A stretch of DNA of 64,000 nucleotides from Octopus vulgaris (lineage: Eukaryota). Shown in pieces: positions 24,671 through 36,477 of this stretch. Location: assembly GCA_951406725.2 (NCBI GenBank), contig OX597824.1:19716001-19780000 (forward strand). The letters are read 5' to 3'. The notes below the pieces were generated by a model. That model did not search any database, was not told the DNA's origin, and saw only the letters and a list, made by a program, of their open reading frames with translations. Positions within the stretch are counted from its first letter, which is position 1, and every line of letters begins with the position of its first letter. The position numbers and the translations under genes were made by a program.

Positions 24671-25144
24671 GTGATATATTTATTATACATAGTAATAAGG
24701 CATCTGTGCACGTGCATACTTTTATGTATGCCACTATACACACGTGTCTAAGATTGAGTATTGATGAAGAACATCAGAGAGTACAAATGCTGACTTGGTT
24801 GGGTTTGTTACCAGAGTTATATCCACCAAATATAAGGAGGAGGATCAGCTGTGTGCTGACTCGGAGTGGAAGCTGTGGCTTTCATTCGTTCGTTCATCGT
24901 TTTTCCCGTGGTGTTGCAGTAAGTGAAAAATAATGGGAATAAAATTATAAAATAGAGAAAGGAACTGGATCGCCAGCCATAGGCTTTATCAGAAAATGGA
25001 TACCATCTATGTCGTACAGTACTTATACTAAACACGGACAGACATACCCTGGATTCTCACGACGACTAAGGTTCGAAACATGACAGACTGTGCACATACA
25101 CACACACACAGACGTTAAATGATTATATGTATATGTGTGCGTTT

Positions 25145-25292
25145 GAGGTCGACTTTGCCTTTCATCCTTTCGGGGTCGATAAATAAAGTACCAGTTTTGC
25201 ACCGGGGCGGGGTCGATGTAATCGACTTAATCCCTTTGTCTGTCCTTGTTGTCCCCTCTATGTTTAGCCCCTTGTGGGTAGTAAAGAAATAG
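25145..25292 (+). mobile_element. SINE family B, 5'-truncated
   Basis: GAGGTCGACTTTGCCTTTCATCCTTTCGGGGTCGAT...GCCCCTTGTGGGTAGTAAAGAAATA shared with many copies in the window. Confidence 0.85.
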
Positions 25293-25294
25293 AT

Positions 25295-25326
<32 letters not shown>

Positions 25327-25475
25327 CATACAATTCTCTTTCTCTATATGGTTGTTAAATGCTAATGTGGGTATACAAATACACATACTCTCTTTACAAA
25401 AAAATGCTCACATTCTCTCTCTTTCTTTCTCTGTAAATACATTCATACAGACACACACTCACTCTCTCTCTATCT

Positions 25476-25511
<36 letters not shown>

Positions 25512-25675
25512 CTCTCACATTGCTGTATTAGATATAATCTGTTATATATATTTCTGATTGTGTTTATCAGGTCAGGTAGAACTTCTAAACCAATCGTTTC
25601 CTTTGTCAAGATAGCACACCGCTTTCAAAAGCTTTTCATGTCACAAACCTACACCCTGTTATCTAACACCACAAT

Positions 25676-25992
25676 CTCAAGTGGTCAGCTATGCCCTAAA
25701 CTCAACCTCAGCCAAGCTATGTCCCAGAACTTAACCTCAAGTGGTCAGCTATGCCCTAAACTCAACCTCAGCCAAGCTATGTCCCAGAACTTAACCTCAA
25801 GTGGTCAGCTATGCCCTAAACTCAACCTCAGCCAAGCTATGTCCCAGAACTTAACCTCAAGTGGTCAGCTATGCCCTAAACTCAACCTCAGCCAAGCTAT
25901 GTCCCAGAACTTAACCTCAAGTGGTCAGCTATGCCCTAAACTCAACCTCGGCCAAGCTATGTCCCAGAACTTAACCTCAAGTGGTCAGCTAT
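25676..25992 (+). repeat. 60-bp minisatellite, ~5.3 near-identical units
   Basis: GTGGTCAGCTATGCCCTAAACTCAACCTCAGCCAAGCTATGTCCCAGAACTTAACCTCAA x5 plus a partial unit; a single A>G in unit 5. Confidence 0.98.
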
Positions 25993-26261
25993 ATTCCATG
26001 TACCCTTTACATCACCGAAACGAACTGTAATTACTACATTCCGTAGCTTTTGTTTGTTTCTTTTCTTTTCTTTTTTTTTTTATCTGACCTGGAGTTCTGT
26101 CACTCTTTCAATCTTTAATCATGCTGGACTGACCGGTCAGCTGGCATCAATCTTCAGTATGTTGTGGTTTTGGTTTGCATGTATAATTAAAACAAATAAG
26201 CAATACAGGTTCGATCCTGACACACAGACTTACATTTTACTTAACATTATTAAAAGCCATT

Positions 26262-26403
26262 GGTGTGGCTGTGTGGTAAGAAGCTTGCCTCCCAACCACA
26301 TGGTTCCAGGTTCAGTTCCACCGTATGTACCTTAAACATGCATATTCTCCAATAGCCTCAGGCCAAACAAGGATTCAGTAGCAGAAACTGAAGGAAGCCC
26401 ATC

Positions 26404-26445
<42 letters not shown>

Positions 26446-27020
26446 TTTACGTGTTTCAGTCATATGACTGCGACCATGCTGGAGCACAGCCTTTAGTCGA
26501 GCAAATCGACCCCAGGACTTATTCTTTGTAAGCCTTGTACTTATTCTATCGATCACTTTTGCCACACCAACATCGGTTGTTAAACAATGGTGGGGGGGGA
26601 CAAACACAAACACACACACATATATATATAATATATGAGAGGCTTCTTTCAGTTTCTGTCTACCAAATCCATTCACAAGGCTTTGATCGGCCTGGGGCTA
26701 TAGTAGAAGACACTTGCCTAAGGTACCATGTGGTTGGTAAGCAACCTATGTACCACAGCTATCGGATAAATCTCAAAAATTAATATAATACCATGTACCC
26801 ATCATATTGTCACCCTATATGTGTGTATGTCTGTGTGTGTTTGTCCCCCACTGCTGGTGTTGCTGTGTCTACGTCTTTGTGACTTAGCAGTTCAGCAAAA
26901 AAAACCAACAGAATACATTCCAGGCTTAAAAGAAGTGAGTACTGGGGTCAACTTTTTCAATTGAAAATTCTTCAGGGCAGTGCCCCAGCTTGGCCGCAGT
27001 CTGACTGAAACAAGTAAAAT
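26262..27020. mobile_element. Nested family A SINEs: minus copy (26442-26760) inside a plus copy (head 26262-26405, tail 26815-27020)
   Basis: Head and tail of a plus-strand copy flank a reverse-complement copy that begins right after the internal (TA)n. Confidence 0.75.
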
Positions 27021-28269
27021 ATGTAAAAAAAAAAATTAAAGGTATGAATGAATGTCACTAATATTCATTCAGATTTTTCTTAGAACGTGGGGGGAAGACA
27101 GAGAACTGGTTTCTAACCCCAGCCCCAGGACCAGTAATGGTTCTGACAGAGGTAGAAAAGCAGTTTACAGCTTACTTTGGTGAGATTTGAGATAGAGAAA
27201 TGAAATTAAATAACTGTATTGTATTTAGTGAAATTTAGTTTCTGATATCTGCAATCTTAACTGTTGTTAAAAATCATAAATATTTTGTGTCTTAGATTGC
27301 CACCATGTTGAGGACAAAAGCTATGTACACACACACACACAGTTATTTAGACCCACACATCATGGTTGCAAAAATGGTGGTTTAGCAGATTCTGTAGAGT
27401 ATTGGAACCAAAATGTTACATGGTATTTTGGTTCCAATCCAGAGCATACAGTGATCAAATCCAACTTGGGTCGACTATGTCAGCTGTCCTTTTGAAATTA
27501 TGGTGCCGTGACATTCTAGGATTTAATACCAGCTGGGTTCTCTGAAGGTTGTTGGTTTGTTTACATCTATCTACAAAAAAAAAAAGAGAAAAAAAACAGA
27601 AAATTAAAGAAGAGAAATTTTACTTGGATATATTATTACAGATCCAGACATTATTAGATTTCCCATGTCTGCTGGAATGTTGATTTAAATTCCTTTGTGG
27701 ATTATGTTTTCATATCCTTCTTAAAATAACAAATTATCCCATGGGATTTTTATATATATATATATATAAGAACAGAATCGGTAGAGCATCAAACGATGTC
27801 TTTAGGGTATTTGATCATTCCGTAATATTTCAGAGTCCAAATTTGTTCTATGTCCATTTTCCGAAGTTACCGAAATAATTACTGAGATCAATGTGATAGA
27901 CTTATATTATATATACCTTAAGAATTACCTATGTATCGCTATACTCAAATGACTAGAAACAGTAAAAGACACATACACATGCATGCACACAGTATAAAAT
28001 TATTACATGTTTCATGTTTGAATGTATGTTTGATTAAATTTGGTGATAAATAAGCTTTCATTTTCTTAATATCGTGAATGAATAACCAAAACTCGTTTTC
28101 ATTTACACACACACACACACACACATGTTTATTTAGCTGATAAACTACAATAGTGACTCGAGCGATGAGAGATTTGTTTGTTGCACTTTTAAGCACAATA
28201 GTGAAACTGTTAGCCTCTGTGTAGTTTTACAACTAAATAGATATACGTATGTATAAATCTGCTTTGCAA

Positions 28270-28870
28270 CCCTGTGCTTTTGAGTTCAAGTCACGCTGTG
28301 GCACTCTGGGCAAGTGTCTTCTACCATAGCCCCAGGTCAGCCAGTGAGTGAATTTGATAGATGGAAACTGTGTGGAAACCCGTCGTGTGTATATTTGTCC
28401 CCCCCACCCGCCCACCATTTCACAGCCAGTACTGGTTTGTTTATATTACTGTAACTTAGCAGTTTGGCAAAAGAGATCAATAATATAAGTACTAGATTTC
28501 AGTATAAGTACTTGAGTTGTTTTATTCTCTCATCGCAGTGCCCCAGCGTGGCCACAGTCCAGTAAATGCAGCAAGTAATAGATAAATAACGCGTGTAGGC
28601 ATAGCTGTGTGGGTTCAGATGTTTTCTTCGCAGCCACAAGGTTTCCAGTTCAATCCCACTCTGTGGAATCTTAGGCGAGTGCTCGACACAACCAGTGCCT
28701 TTCTTTGTGGAATCTACCAGATGGAAACTGGATGAAACCTCGTCCTTCCCCGTGCCTATGTAATTTAAGTGCCTGACTGAAATGTGTGCAGGGTTAACAC
28801 GGTCCACTACAACCCTCGTTGGTGGTGCTCCAGCATGGCTACAGTCCAGTGACTGAAAGCAATCTATAAA
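28270..28870 (+). mobile_element. Two diverged tandem family A SINEs
   Basis: CTCTGGGCAAGTGTCTTCTAC...GTGCCCCAGCGTGGCCACAGTC, then a second head AGGCATAGCTGTGTGG...GGTGCTCCAGCATGGCTACAGTC. Confidence 0.7.
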
Positions 28871-29059
28871 ATTGTGCATTCCTCTATTTCTTCAAATCAT
28901 AGGATACTGTCTTTATTATAAACACACACGCACATCTAGATATGTATCTGTTTATTTAAGGACATATCCATTAAATCAATATTATATACATCAACTCAAT
29001 GATGGCCACATAAATTTGCTCATCCTGAATTTCCAGGTGTGTGTGTATATATGTTGGAT

Positions 29060-29232
29060 CTTTAGCCCCTACACGCAATTTTTTTCTCTCCTTGTTTCTT
29101 TTCTGTGTATCTTTCTGTCGAAGAGCGTAGGCTCGAAACGTAAAAGACTTGTATGAGCGCCATACTAATACATTGTTTGTTTGTACTCCACCTGCCTTCA
29201 TCTTTTGTTTATTTTCGTATACCTTCCCGTTA
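29060..29232 (+). mobile_element. Putative Penelope-like element terminal fragment with degenerate hammerhead-like motif (29110-29147)
   Basis: TCTTT-CTGTCGAA-GAGC-GTAG-GCTC-GAAAC-GTA-AAAGA; ends in a (TA)n run. Confidence 0.45.
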
Positions 29233-29429
29233 TATATATATATATATCACCATGACCGACCAGGCCATCAGATGTTGCTACACGTCACTGGTCACAATGC
29301 GCTTCGCACTGCCTTAGCCTTCAAATGACGCCACCCTGCAGGCTAAGCGAGCAGGCCAATATATATGTATATATATATATATATACATACATACACACAC
29401 ATCACAACACACTTGTCCCAACATCCCGT

Positions 29430-29650
29430 TTACTTTTGATAAATGTATTGCCTATGTATTCACATTGTTTTTGAATTAACCAAAAATTAACCACGCCTTG
29501 TCTTGGGGGGGCTTTAAGATTTCAATGATGTGATTGTATATTTTTAGAACGGCATTGTAGGGTCAACGCGAGACGCCAGATCTGGCCAGTTTGTACACCA
29601 AAACAGAATATTTGTGCCAGTTTTGGTCGGTTTAGAAACTAAAGGGTTAA
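29430..29650 (-). mobile_element. piggyBac-type MITE family 2, diverged copy
   Basis: Ends in CTAAAGGG-TTAA; reverse complement resembles 32982-33234. Confidence 0.6.
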
Positions 29651-30162
29651 AGTGTGTTTGTGTGTTTATTTGTATATTTTCTTAGAGTCCTCACCAAGTG
29701 CCCCTTGGATGTAGCTAAACAGAGCGTTTTAGTTTTCTCACAGCCCTTGACATTATGCCCAAACCCCCATTCAATGCCATTTTTGCCCTTAATTCCTTGG
29801 AGGGGAGCATGCATAGAATACAGCATGGGAATAACATGAATGCTTAAAAGTTCCATTTACTACATACCATTATTATTATTATTGTTATTATTTGTTTTTT
29901 CCTCTCATAACCGTTCAAGGGAAACCTTACATTTTGTAAGACAGTATGAGAATTCGTAATGACTAGAATTTAAGGAGTCCTATTTCTGTCTGCGGTGCCT
30001 TGGAGCCAATTGATGAAAAGATCATGTTCTCCATAGTAAGGACCCTGCCCGAAATGTTAGTCAGGTTTTTATCCTCATGGTATTGGTAGAAGTACCATAG
30101 CGCTCTCCCTCTTTACATATTATACAGATTATGTTACTGGCTGTATGTTGCATGCTTAATAC

Positions 30163-30194
<32 letters not shown>

Positions 30195-30259
30195 AAATAT
30201 GTATGTATCTGTCTATGAGTATATTATATTTCTGTATAGAATTGTGAATTTCTGTGTAT

Positions 30260-30303
<44 letters not shown>

Positions 30304-31931
30304 TTTGGCAGTATGTGTATGTTGAATGCTTACAAATATGCATATGTCTGTATATGAATATATATATATATATATTTCTGTGTGGAATTGTGTTTGTATA
30401 TTACTGGCAGTGTGTGTGTGTGTATATATGTATATATATATATAGACTGCTTATGTATGTCTGTCTGTGTGTATATATATATATTTCAATTTGGAAATGT
30501 GTGTGTATAATATATATATATAAAAGTGCGTGTGATTGTTTGTCTAGGTGAATGTGTGTGTATGTATGTATGTATGTATATATATATATATATTGACATA
30601 CATACACACATATTTTCATCACTTTATGTCCAATTTCCAGTGTCTAATATGGTATGTATGTATTTGTATGTCTAAAGGGAGTCGAGTAAATTAGGGTCTT
30701 TTGATGTCCGTGCCTTTCCTAAGGACATCAGAAAAGGCCCGTTCACTAATGATGTAAATTGTATATATCATAAATGTTACACGATTTAAATGGACAAGAC
30801 ACTACTAGTATATAATATGTATATTGATATATGTGTATGTATGTATATATATATATATATATGTAGTATTTATATAAAATTTACAATATATGTATTTATA
30901 AAATTATGTTTGATGTATATGCAATCATGTATAAATATATAAATACAATGTCTGTATAATATGTATCATTATATACATATTAATATAATGTGTAAATATA
31001 TACATACATTTAATCTATAAATGTAAAGATATCTAATGAATAAATGTACGTGTACATCAAATGTGGATCATATGTACGTATAATGGAAATCGTATTATAT
31101 AATCTATAAGTTCATGTGTATATCATGAACCTATGTATAATGTATATTTTGTGTTTGTATATTTATATATATATATATATATATATATGTCTATAGTGTG
31201 GGTTATAGATATATTTGATAGTTATGAAATGTAGATTTATATATATGATACATGGATACAAAATATAAATTGTGTATATGTGATGTTGATGTGTCAAAAT
31301 ATATATCTTGCACATGTGATGTATAAAATGTAAGTTTTAAATATATGATATAATTACATATATATACATACATACATATATTATCGTCATCATCATTATA
31401 TGTATGTATATATTACATATTATATGTATGTATATATTACATATTTTATGTATGTACATAGATAGATATATGTGTGTGTGTACATAATGTATATTTTATT
31501 TTTAAATGTATCATGAATTTTATGTGTGTATATATATATTTAATATGTATATATATATATATTTAATGTGTATATATATATCTATACAACACTAGTTTCA
31601 ATCATGTACTTAATGAACTTCTGGAGCTATTTCAGTTTACCATGGGGTATGTGTGTGTGTGTATATATATATACTCATATATACACAAACGCACACAATT
31701 ATTGGTCATTGCAGACCTGTAGTAGTAGTAGTAGTAGTAGTAGTAGAGAACCAATGTGCAGTTGGCTCAAACCTGGTGCCACATGTTTGGTTGCAGAGTT
31801 CTTTAACCAAACAGCAATAACCATAAATATATATATTATTGTGTGTATACACACACTCACAAACATTAATACATAATAATTATAGGGTTTGATATTTCAT
31901 AATATATCTTGCACATACTGTTAAACAAAGC

Positions 31932-31972
<41 letters not shown>

Positions 31973-32981
31973 TATATATACATACACACACACACCATAC
32001 TCTATTATATATATGTGTGTGTATATATATATATATGATGATTTATAAATTTTATATACTTTGTATGTATATGTATGTATTTTTGTGTTGTGTGTGTGTA
32101 GAATATATATGGTGTTGAGTGTATGTGTGTGTAGAATATATATGGTGTTGTGTGTATGTGTGTGTGTCTATATATATATATTTACGCTTTATCAACTACA
32201 AATATTTCCACATAATTGGTGTTTCTTTTTAGTTATTTGTTGTTTTGCCATACCTATGATCAAATACATTCATGTGTGTCCATCCTAGTTTTCCCATGCA
32301 TTATATATCTAGAGCTGTGTTATTTTGTGCGTTATTTTGAGCTGTGCGCGTACACCTAACACACACACACACGCGCATACTATAAGCATTTATTTATTTA
32401 AATTGGTATGTCTATTTATTTGACTGCAGACATGCATCAACGCTACTTTCATGGAATTTAGTCAACCACATCAACACCCCCATTAATGTGGAGTGCATTT
32501 TATCAGTTTTTATTTGTTGGACTGCTCAGTTACATAGTATATAATAAGACACATACATAGTGTACCTGTGGGTATACAATATATATGTAAATAAAACATG
32601 GTTGATTGCTGGACTCTGGGTTAAGATGCCCCAAATCAAGATTGATTTTAGAGCCATGTAGTTCTGGAGTAAACCTCTTGGCCATGTTGCTCATCTTTGC
32701 ACTTATTTTGTGATTGATTTAAAGAATAGAAATAGGACCCAGTTATTCATGATGTAATTTCAGTATTGATTGTTATAAAATTCCCACTATATATAACTGG
32801 TGTTCATTCTAAGTGACTTATTGTAGGTACAACACACACCTCAACATATCCCGCCTTATGTCCCTCTCTTCATTTTTCTCACACACACACGCACAGTGAT
32901 TTGTGCAAGTGTGTATGAAAACCCATTCAAGGACCCTTATTTAGTCATTCAGTTAGCTAAATATAACAGCTAAATCTCTTT

Positions 32982-33234
32982 TTAACCCTTTAGCATTTAA
33001 AACTGGCCATATCCAGCCAAAATATCTCGTCTGTTTTTTGGGTTTTTTTTTTTTGTTCAAACTGACCAGATCAAGGCTCTCATATTTACCCTTTAATGTT
33101 GTTTAATGTTATTCTACGTTAAATAATCACATCTTCGAAATCTCAAAGATATGAGATAATGCATGATTAATTCAAAGCTATGTGAATCAGTAAGGATTAC
33201 ATCGAATAGAATGAGCCGAACACTCAGGGCTTAA
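32982..33234 (+). mobile_element. piggyBac-type MITE family 2
   Basis: TTAA-CCCTTTAGCATT start and degenerate CTCAGGGC-TTAA end. Confidence 0.65.
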
Positions 33235-33394
33235 ACCACAACCATTATATTAAAAAGAATATGGAATGACACGTTGGACAATGTATTCTTGGAGCCAATG
33301 GGATGTGGTGGCTGTAATGCCTTTTGGTTATAAGTTCTCTCAACTATGACTGACTTGAAAGAATATAAATACTTTAATTCTTGTTTCTTCCCCA

Positions 33395-33782
33395 ATGTTA
33401 AGTTTTGAATTAAAATCTTCTACCAAACCTTAGTCACGATTTATGTTCCAAACACTAGCTTAACCCTTTCGTTACTGTATTTATTTTGAGATGCTCTGTG
33501 TGTTTCTTTCAATTACTTTAAATATAACAAAGAATTTAGTAAAATAAGTTAGTTATCATTCAGCTAGTGTTAGGAACATAGATTGTGACTAAGATTTATT
33601 GGAAGATTTTAATTCAAAACTTATGAAAACGAGACATTTGTACTCAGAGCCAGAGCCGGTTTCAGCCGGGTTGGTAACAAAAGGGTTACAACTAAGTTAT
33701 TTTACTAAATTCTTTGTTATATTTAAAGTAATTGAAAGAAACACAGAGCATCTCAAAATAAATACAGTAACGAAAGGGTTAA
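33395..33782. mobile_element. piggyBac-type MITE family 1: plus copy (33461-33690) nested in a minus copy
   Basis: TTAA-CCCTTTCGTTAC...GTAACAAAAGGG; flanks are the reverse complement of the same element ending GTAACGAAAGGG-TTAA. Confidence 0.85.
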
Positions 33783-33967
33783 ATCGGAAAGATATAAGAT
33801 AAGGTAAAAAAGAAAAGAAGCAAAAGTCCATAAAAGTTCTTTGGCCTTGGTGATGTTAATTTAATTCACTGGGTGCAGTTATTTACCAACACTGTTCAAG
33901 AACAAAATGCTAACTCAAAATCAGGTGTTTTACTAGAAATACATATGATGTGTGTGTGTGTGTGTGT

Positions 33968-34321
33968 GCATGGCAGTGGGGCGTAGGTAAGAAGTTTGTT
34001 TTCCAACTACATGGCTCAGGGTTCAGTCCAACTGCATAGCCCTTTCGGCAAATGTCTCCTACTATAGCCTCAGGCCGATCTATCGTTTGCCTATCTAAGT
34101 GTATGTGTTTGTGTCTTTGCGTTTGTCCTTCGTTACTATTTGACAACCGGTATTGGTGTGTTTACATCCCAGTAGCTTAGCAGTTCAGCAAAAGAGACCG
34201 ATGGAATAAGTACCAGACTTTAAAAAGAAGAAAGTACTAGGGTTGGTTTGTTTGACTAAACTCTTGACGGCAGTGCCCCAGCATGGCCACCGTCTTATGA
34301 CTGAAATGAATAAAGGATAAA

Positions 34322-34324
<3 letters not shown>
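33968..34324 (+). mobile_element. SINE family A
   Basis: tRNA-like head (GGTAAG...GGTTCAGTCC), body and CAGCATGGCCAC...TGACTGAAA tail. Confidence 0.8.
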
Positions 34325-34363
<39 letters not shown>

Positions 34364-35692
34364 CAGTTACCAAGTTTATAATGTGCCTGTGTGTTGCTGT
34401 TATTCATCCTCTAGAAACACTTTCAATCATAGGCTTTCTACCCATGACCCTCCTGTCTTTTACTACATCAGAGACCATTGCAGAGACCTATTTAAAATGT
34501 TAGTGTGACGGGGAGATTTGACTGCTGTTTCTAAGAGGCTGAACACCAGCACGGTGGTTGCAGGTTGATACGTGTGTATGCATGTATGTGTGTGTGTGTC
34601 ATTTGTATATATGTATATATATATGTGTGTGTGTGTGTGTATACATATAATTAGATAGTTGATGGTCGAATCCGTAGCACCAGACATGAGGTGGAATTCA
34701 GTTTTGTCCCTCTTATATTGTGAGTTCAAATCCCCTACCAGGTCGTTACTTTCTTTCGTGATTAATTTAAATATGGAACACAGACCACTTATAATAAAAT
34801 TGTTAAATATAATCATAGGTTGTCTTTGAATTTACAGTCTGTCTTGACATAGCTCATTAGTGTAAACTGATTGCTATATTACTTAACTGTTATTGTATAT
34901 AATTACTGAAAAAAAAATAATAATAATAAAAATCTATAAATTTATAGACCTAGCCAACTCTTGCAAACTTACTGTCAGCAGAACAATTATTGATATGAAA
35001 TGAATTTTAATTATTTTTCTTTAAATAATACAAGAAAAAAATTTTTAAAAACCCCAGCAGAAAAATTTTTTTTTTTTTGCTTTTTATATTTATTAAATAT
35101 GTAATTAAAACATTATTATTAATGTTAGAGTTAGAGGCAAGGAAACCAACCAACCAACCAACTACAGTGCCATATTGAATGTGTTTGTCATGTTTAGTTA
35201 TGTCCCTTTATATTATGGGTCCAAATTCAAAAACGGTGGTGGTGGTAGTGGTGGGGTCGTTATGGGTTGGTTGAAAAGTTGCAGCTATATTGTTGAGAAT
35301 CAATCCTGTCGGCTGCTATGCTCTTCCCTTTGTCAATTTTATCATGACACTGTAAGACATTCTGTATTAGCACCTACAATCTTTGCTGTGCCGACATCTT
35401 ACCATAAACCCTAACACGCGTTTAAAGAACACTACCGTTTTTTTTCCTTCATCTGTGTAAATTTTCCTTGTAGCATTCTCATTTTGGGGGTTTTTTTTTT
35501 AGCCAAATTTTTTCCGAAGCTTCTTTATTATTAATTACAGAAATCAATCTTTATTAATGAAAAATAAGAAGTGAGCAACGACAGAATCTAATGTCACACA
35601 AAAATGCCTCGCTTTATTCATTTACATTCTTTTACAATCAAATTTCAAAAACTTCGTCTTTTTTTTTATTTTTGGTGTTATCTTTTTATCAA

Positions 35693-36050
35693 ACTGTTTG
35701 TCATTAAACTGTGGCCATGCTGGGGCACAGCCTTGAAGAACTTTATAGTCAAATGAATCAAGCCAATTACCTGTTTTTGTTTTTTCTAATCTGTTTCTAG
35801 TTCTATCAGTCCCTTTAGTCAAACTGCTAAGTTACAGAGATGTAAACACACCAACACTGGTTGTCAAGCAATGGTAGGGGACACACACGTGCGCACACAC
35901 AAATACAGGCATACATACATGATGGGTTTCTTTCGGTTTCTCTTTGTGAAATCCACTCACCATATTACTGGAGATGCCATACAGTAGGACTGAACCCGAA
36001 ACCATGTGCTTGGGAAGCAAACTCTTTACCATGCAACCACCTCTTCGCCT
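35693..36050 (-). mobile_element. SINE family A, diverged
   Basis: Reverse complement of the family A tail, body and head. Confidence 0.75.
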
Positions 36051-36477
36051 GTCGATGAGATAAGAATTGGCGCAGAACTGGGGCTTGATATATTTGATGG
36101 TACCCTTTTCCTTCTCTCGGGGCCTTTGTATTTATTTGTTTTAGAAAAATCATTTTTATCTGAAGAGGGGTATGCACCTTTCCAGAAAGTTTGCTGAAAA
36201 AGGGAGCGAGAATAGCAACAATGGGCTTATATTCTGTGGATATTTCGGTAAAATGAAGAATACACCCAGGAGAGGACATTACCCTTCGTGATCCTGGTAA
36301 TTCTGTGTCTGTTGGTGTGGGGCAGGGTTCCTTGGTCAAACTCTGAACTAACCCCTTATAGGACATCTCATTTTAATACCTTAATATACTATCGTTTTCC
36401 TTCCACATCATTTCTAGTGTTCCCTCATCCATTGCCTTTCTGGCAAAAAAATACTACTCCTGTCTCATAACTATTTA

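Noticed and set aside
25056-25092. CTCACGA...CGAAACATGAC hammerhead-like trace (also CGAAAC at ~1509)
   Set aside because: Core and NUH are both broken, with no convincing stem I.
25560-26030. 156-aa ORF with 20-aa repeats, or a CRISPR-like array
   Set aside because: Head-to-tail identical units without spacers in eukaryotic DNA; the open frame follows from the 60-bp unit length, and no supporting splice sites or homology were recognised.
35965-36366. 133-aa minus-strand ORF in non-simple sequence
   Set aside because: No recognisable domain; it ends inside a SINE.
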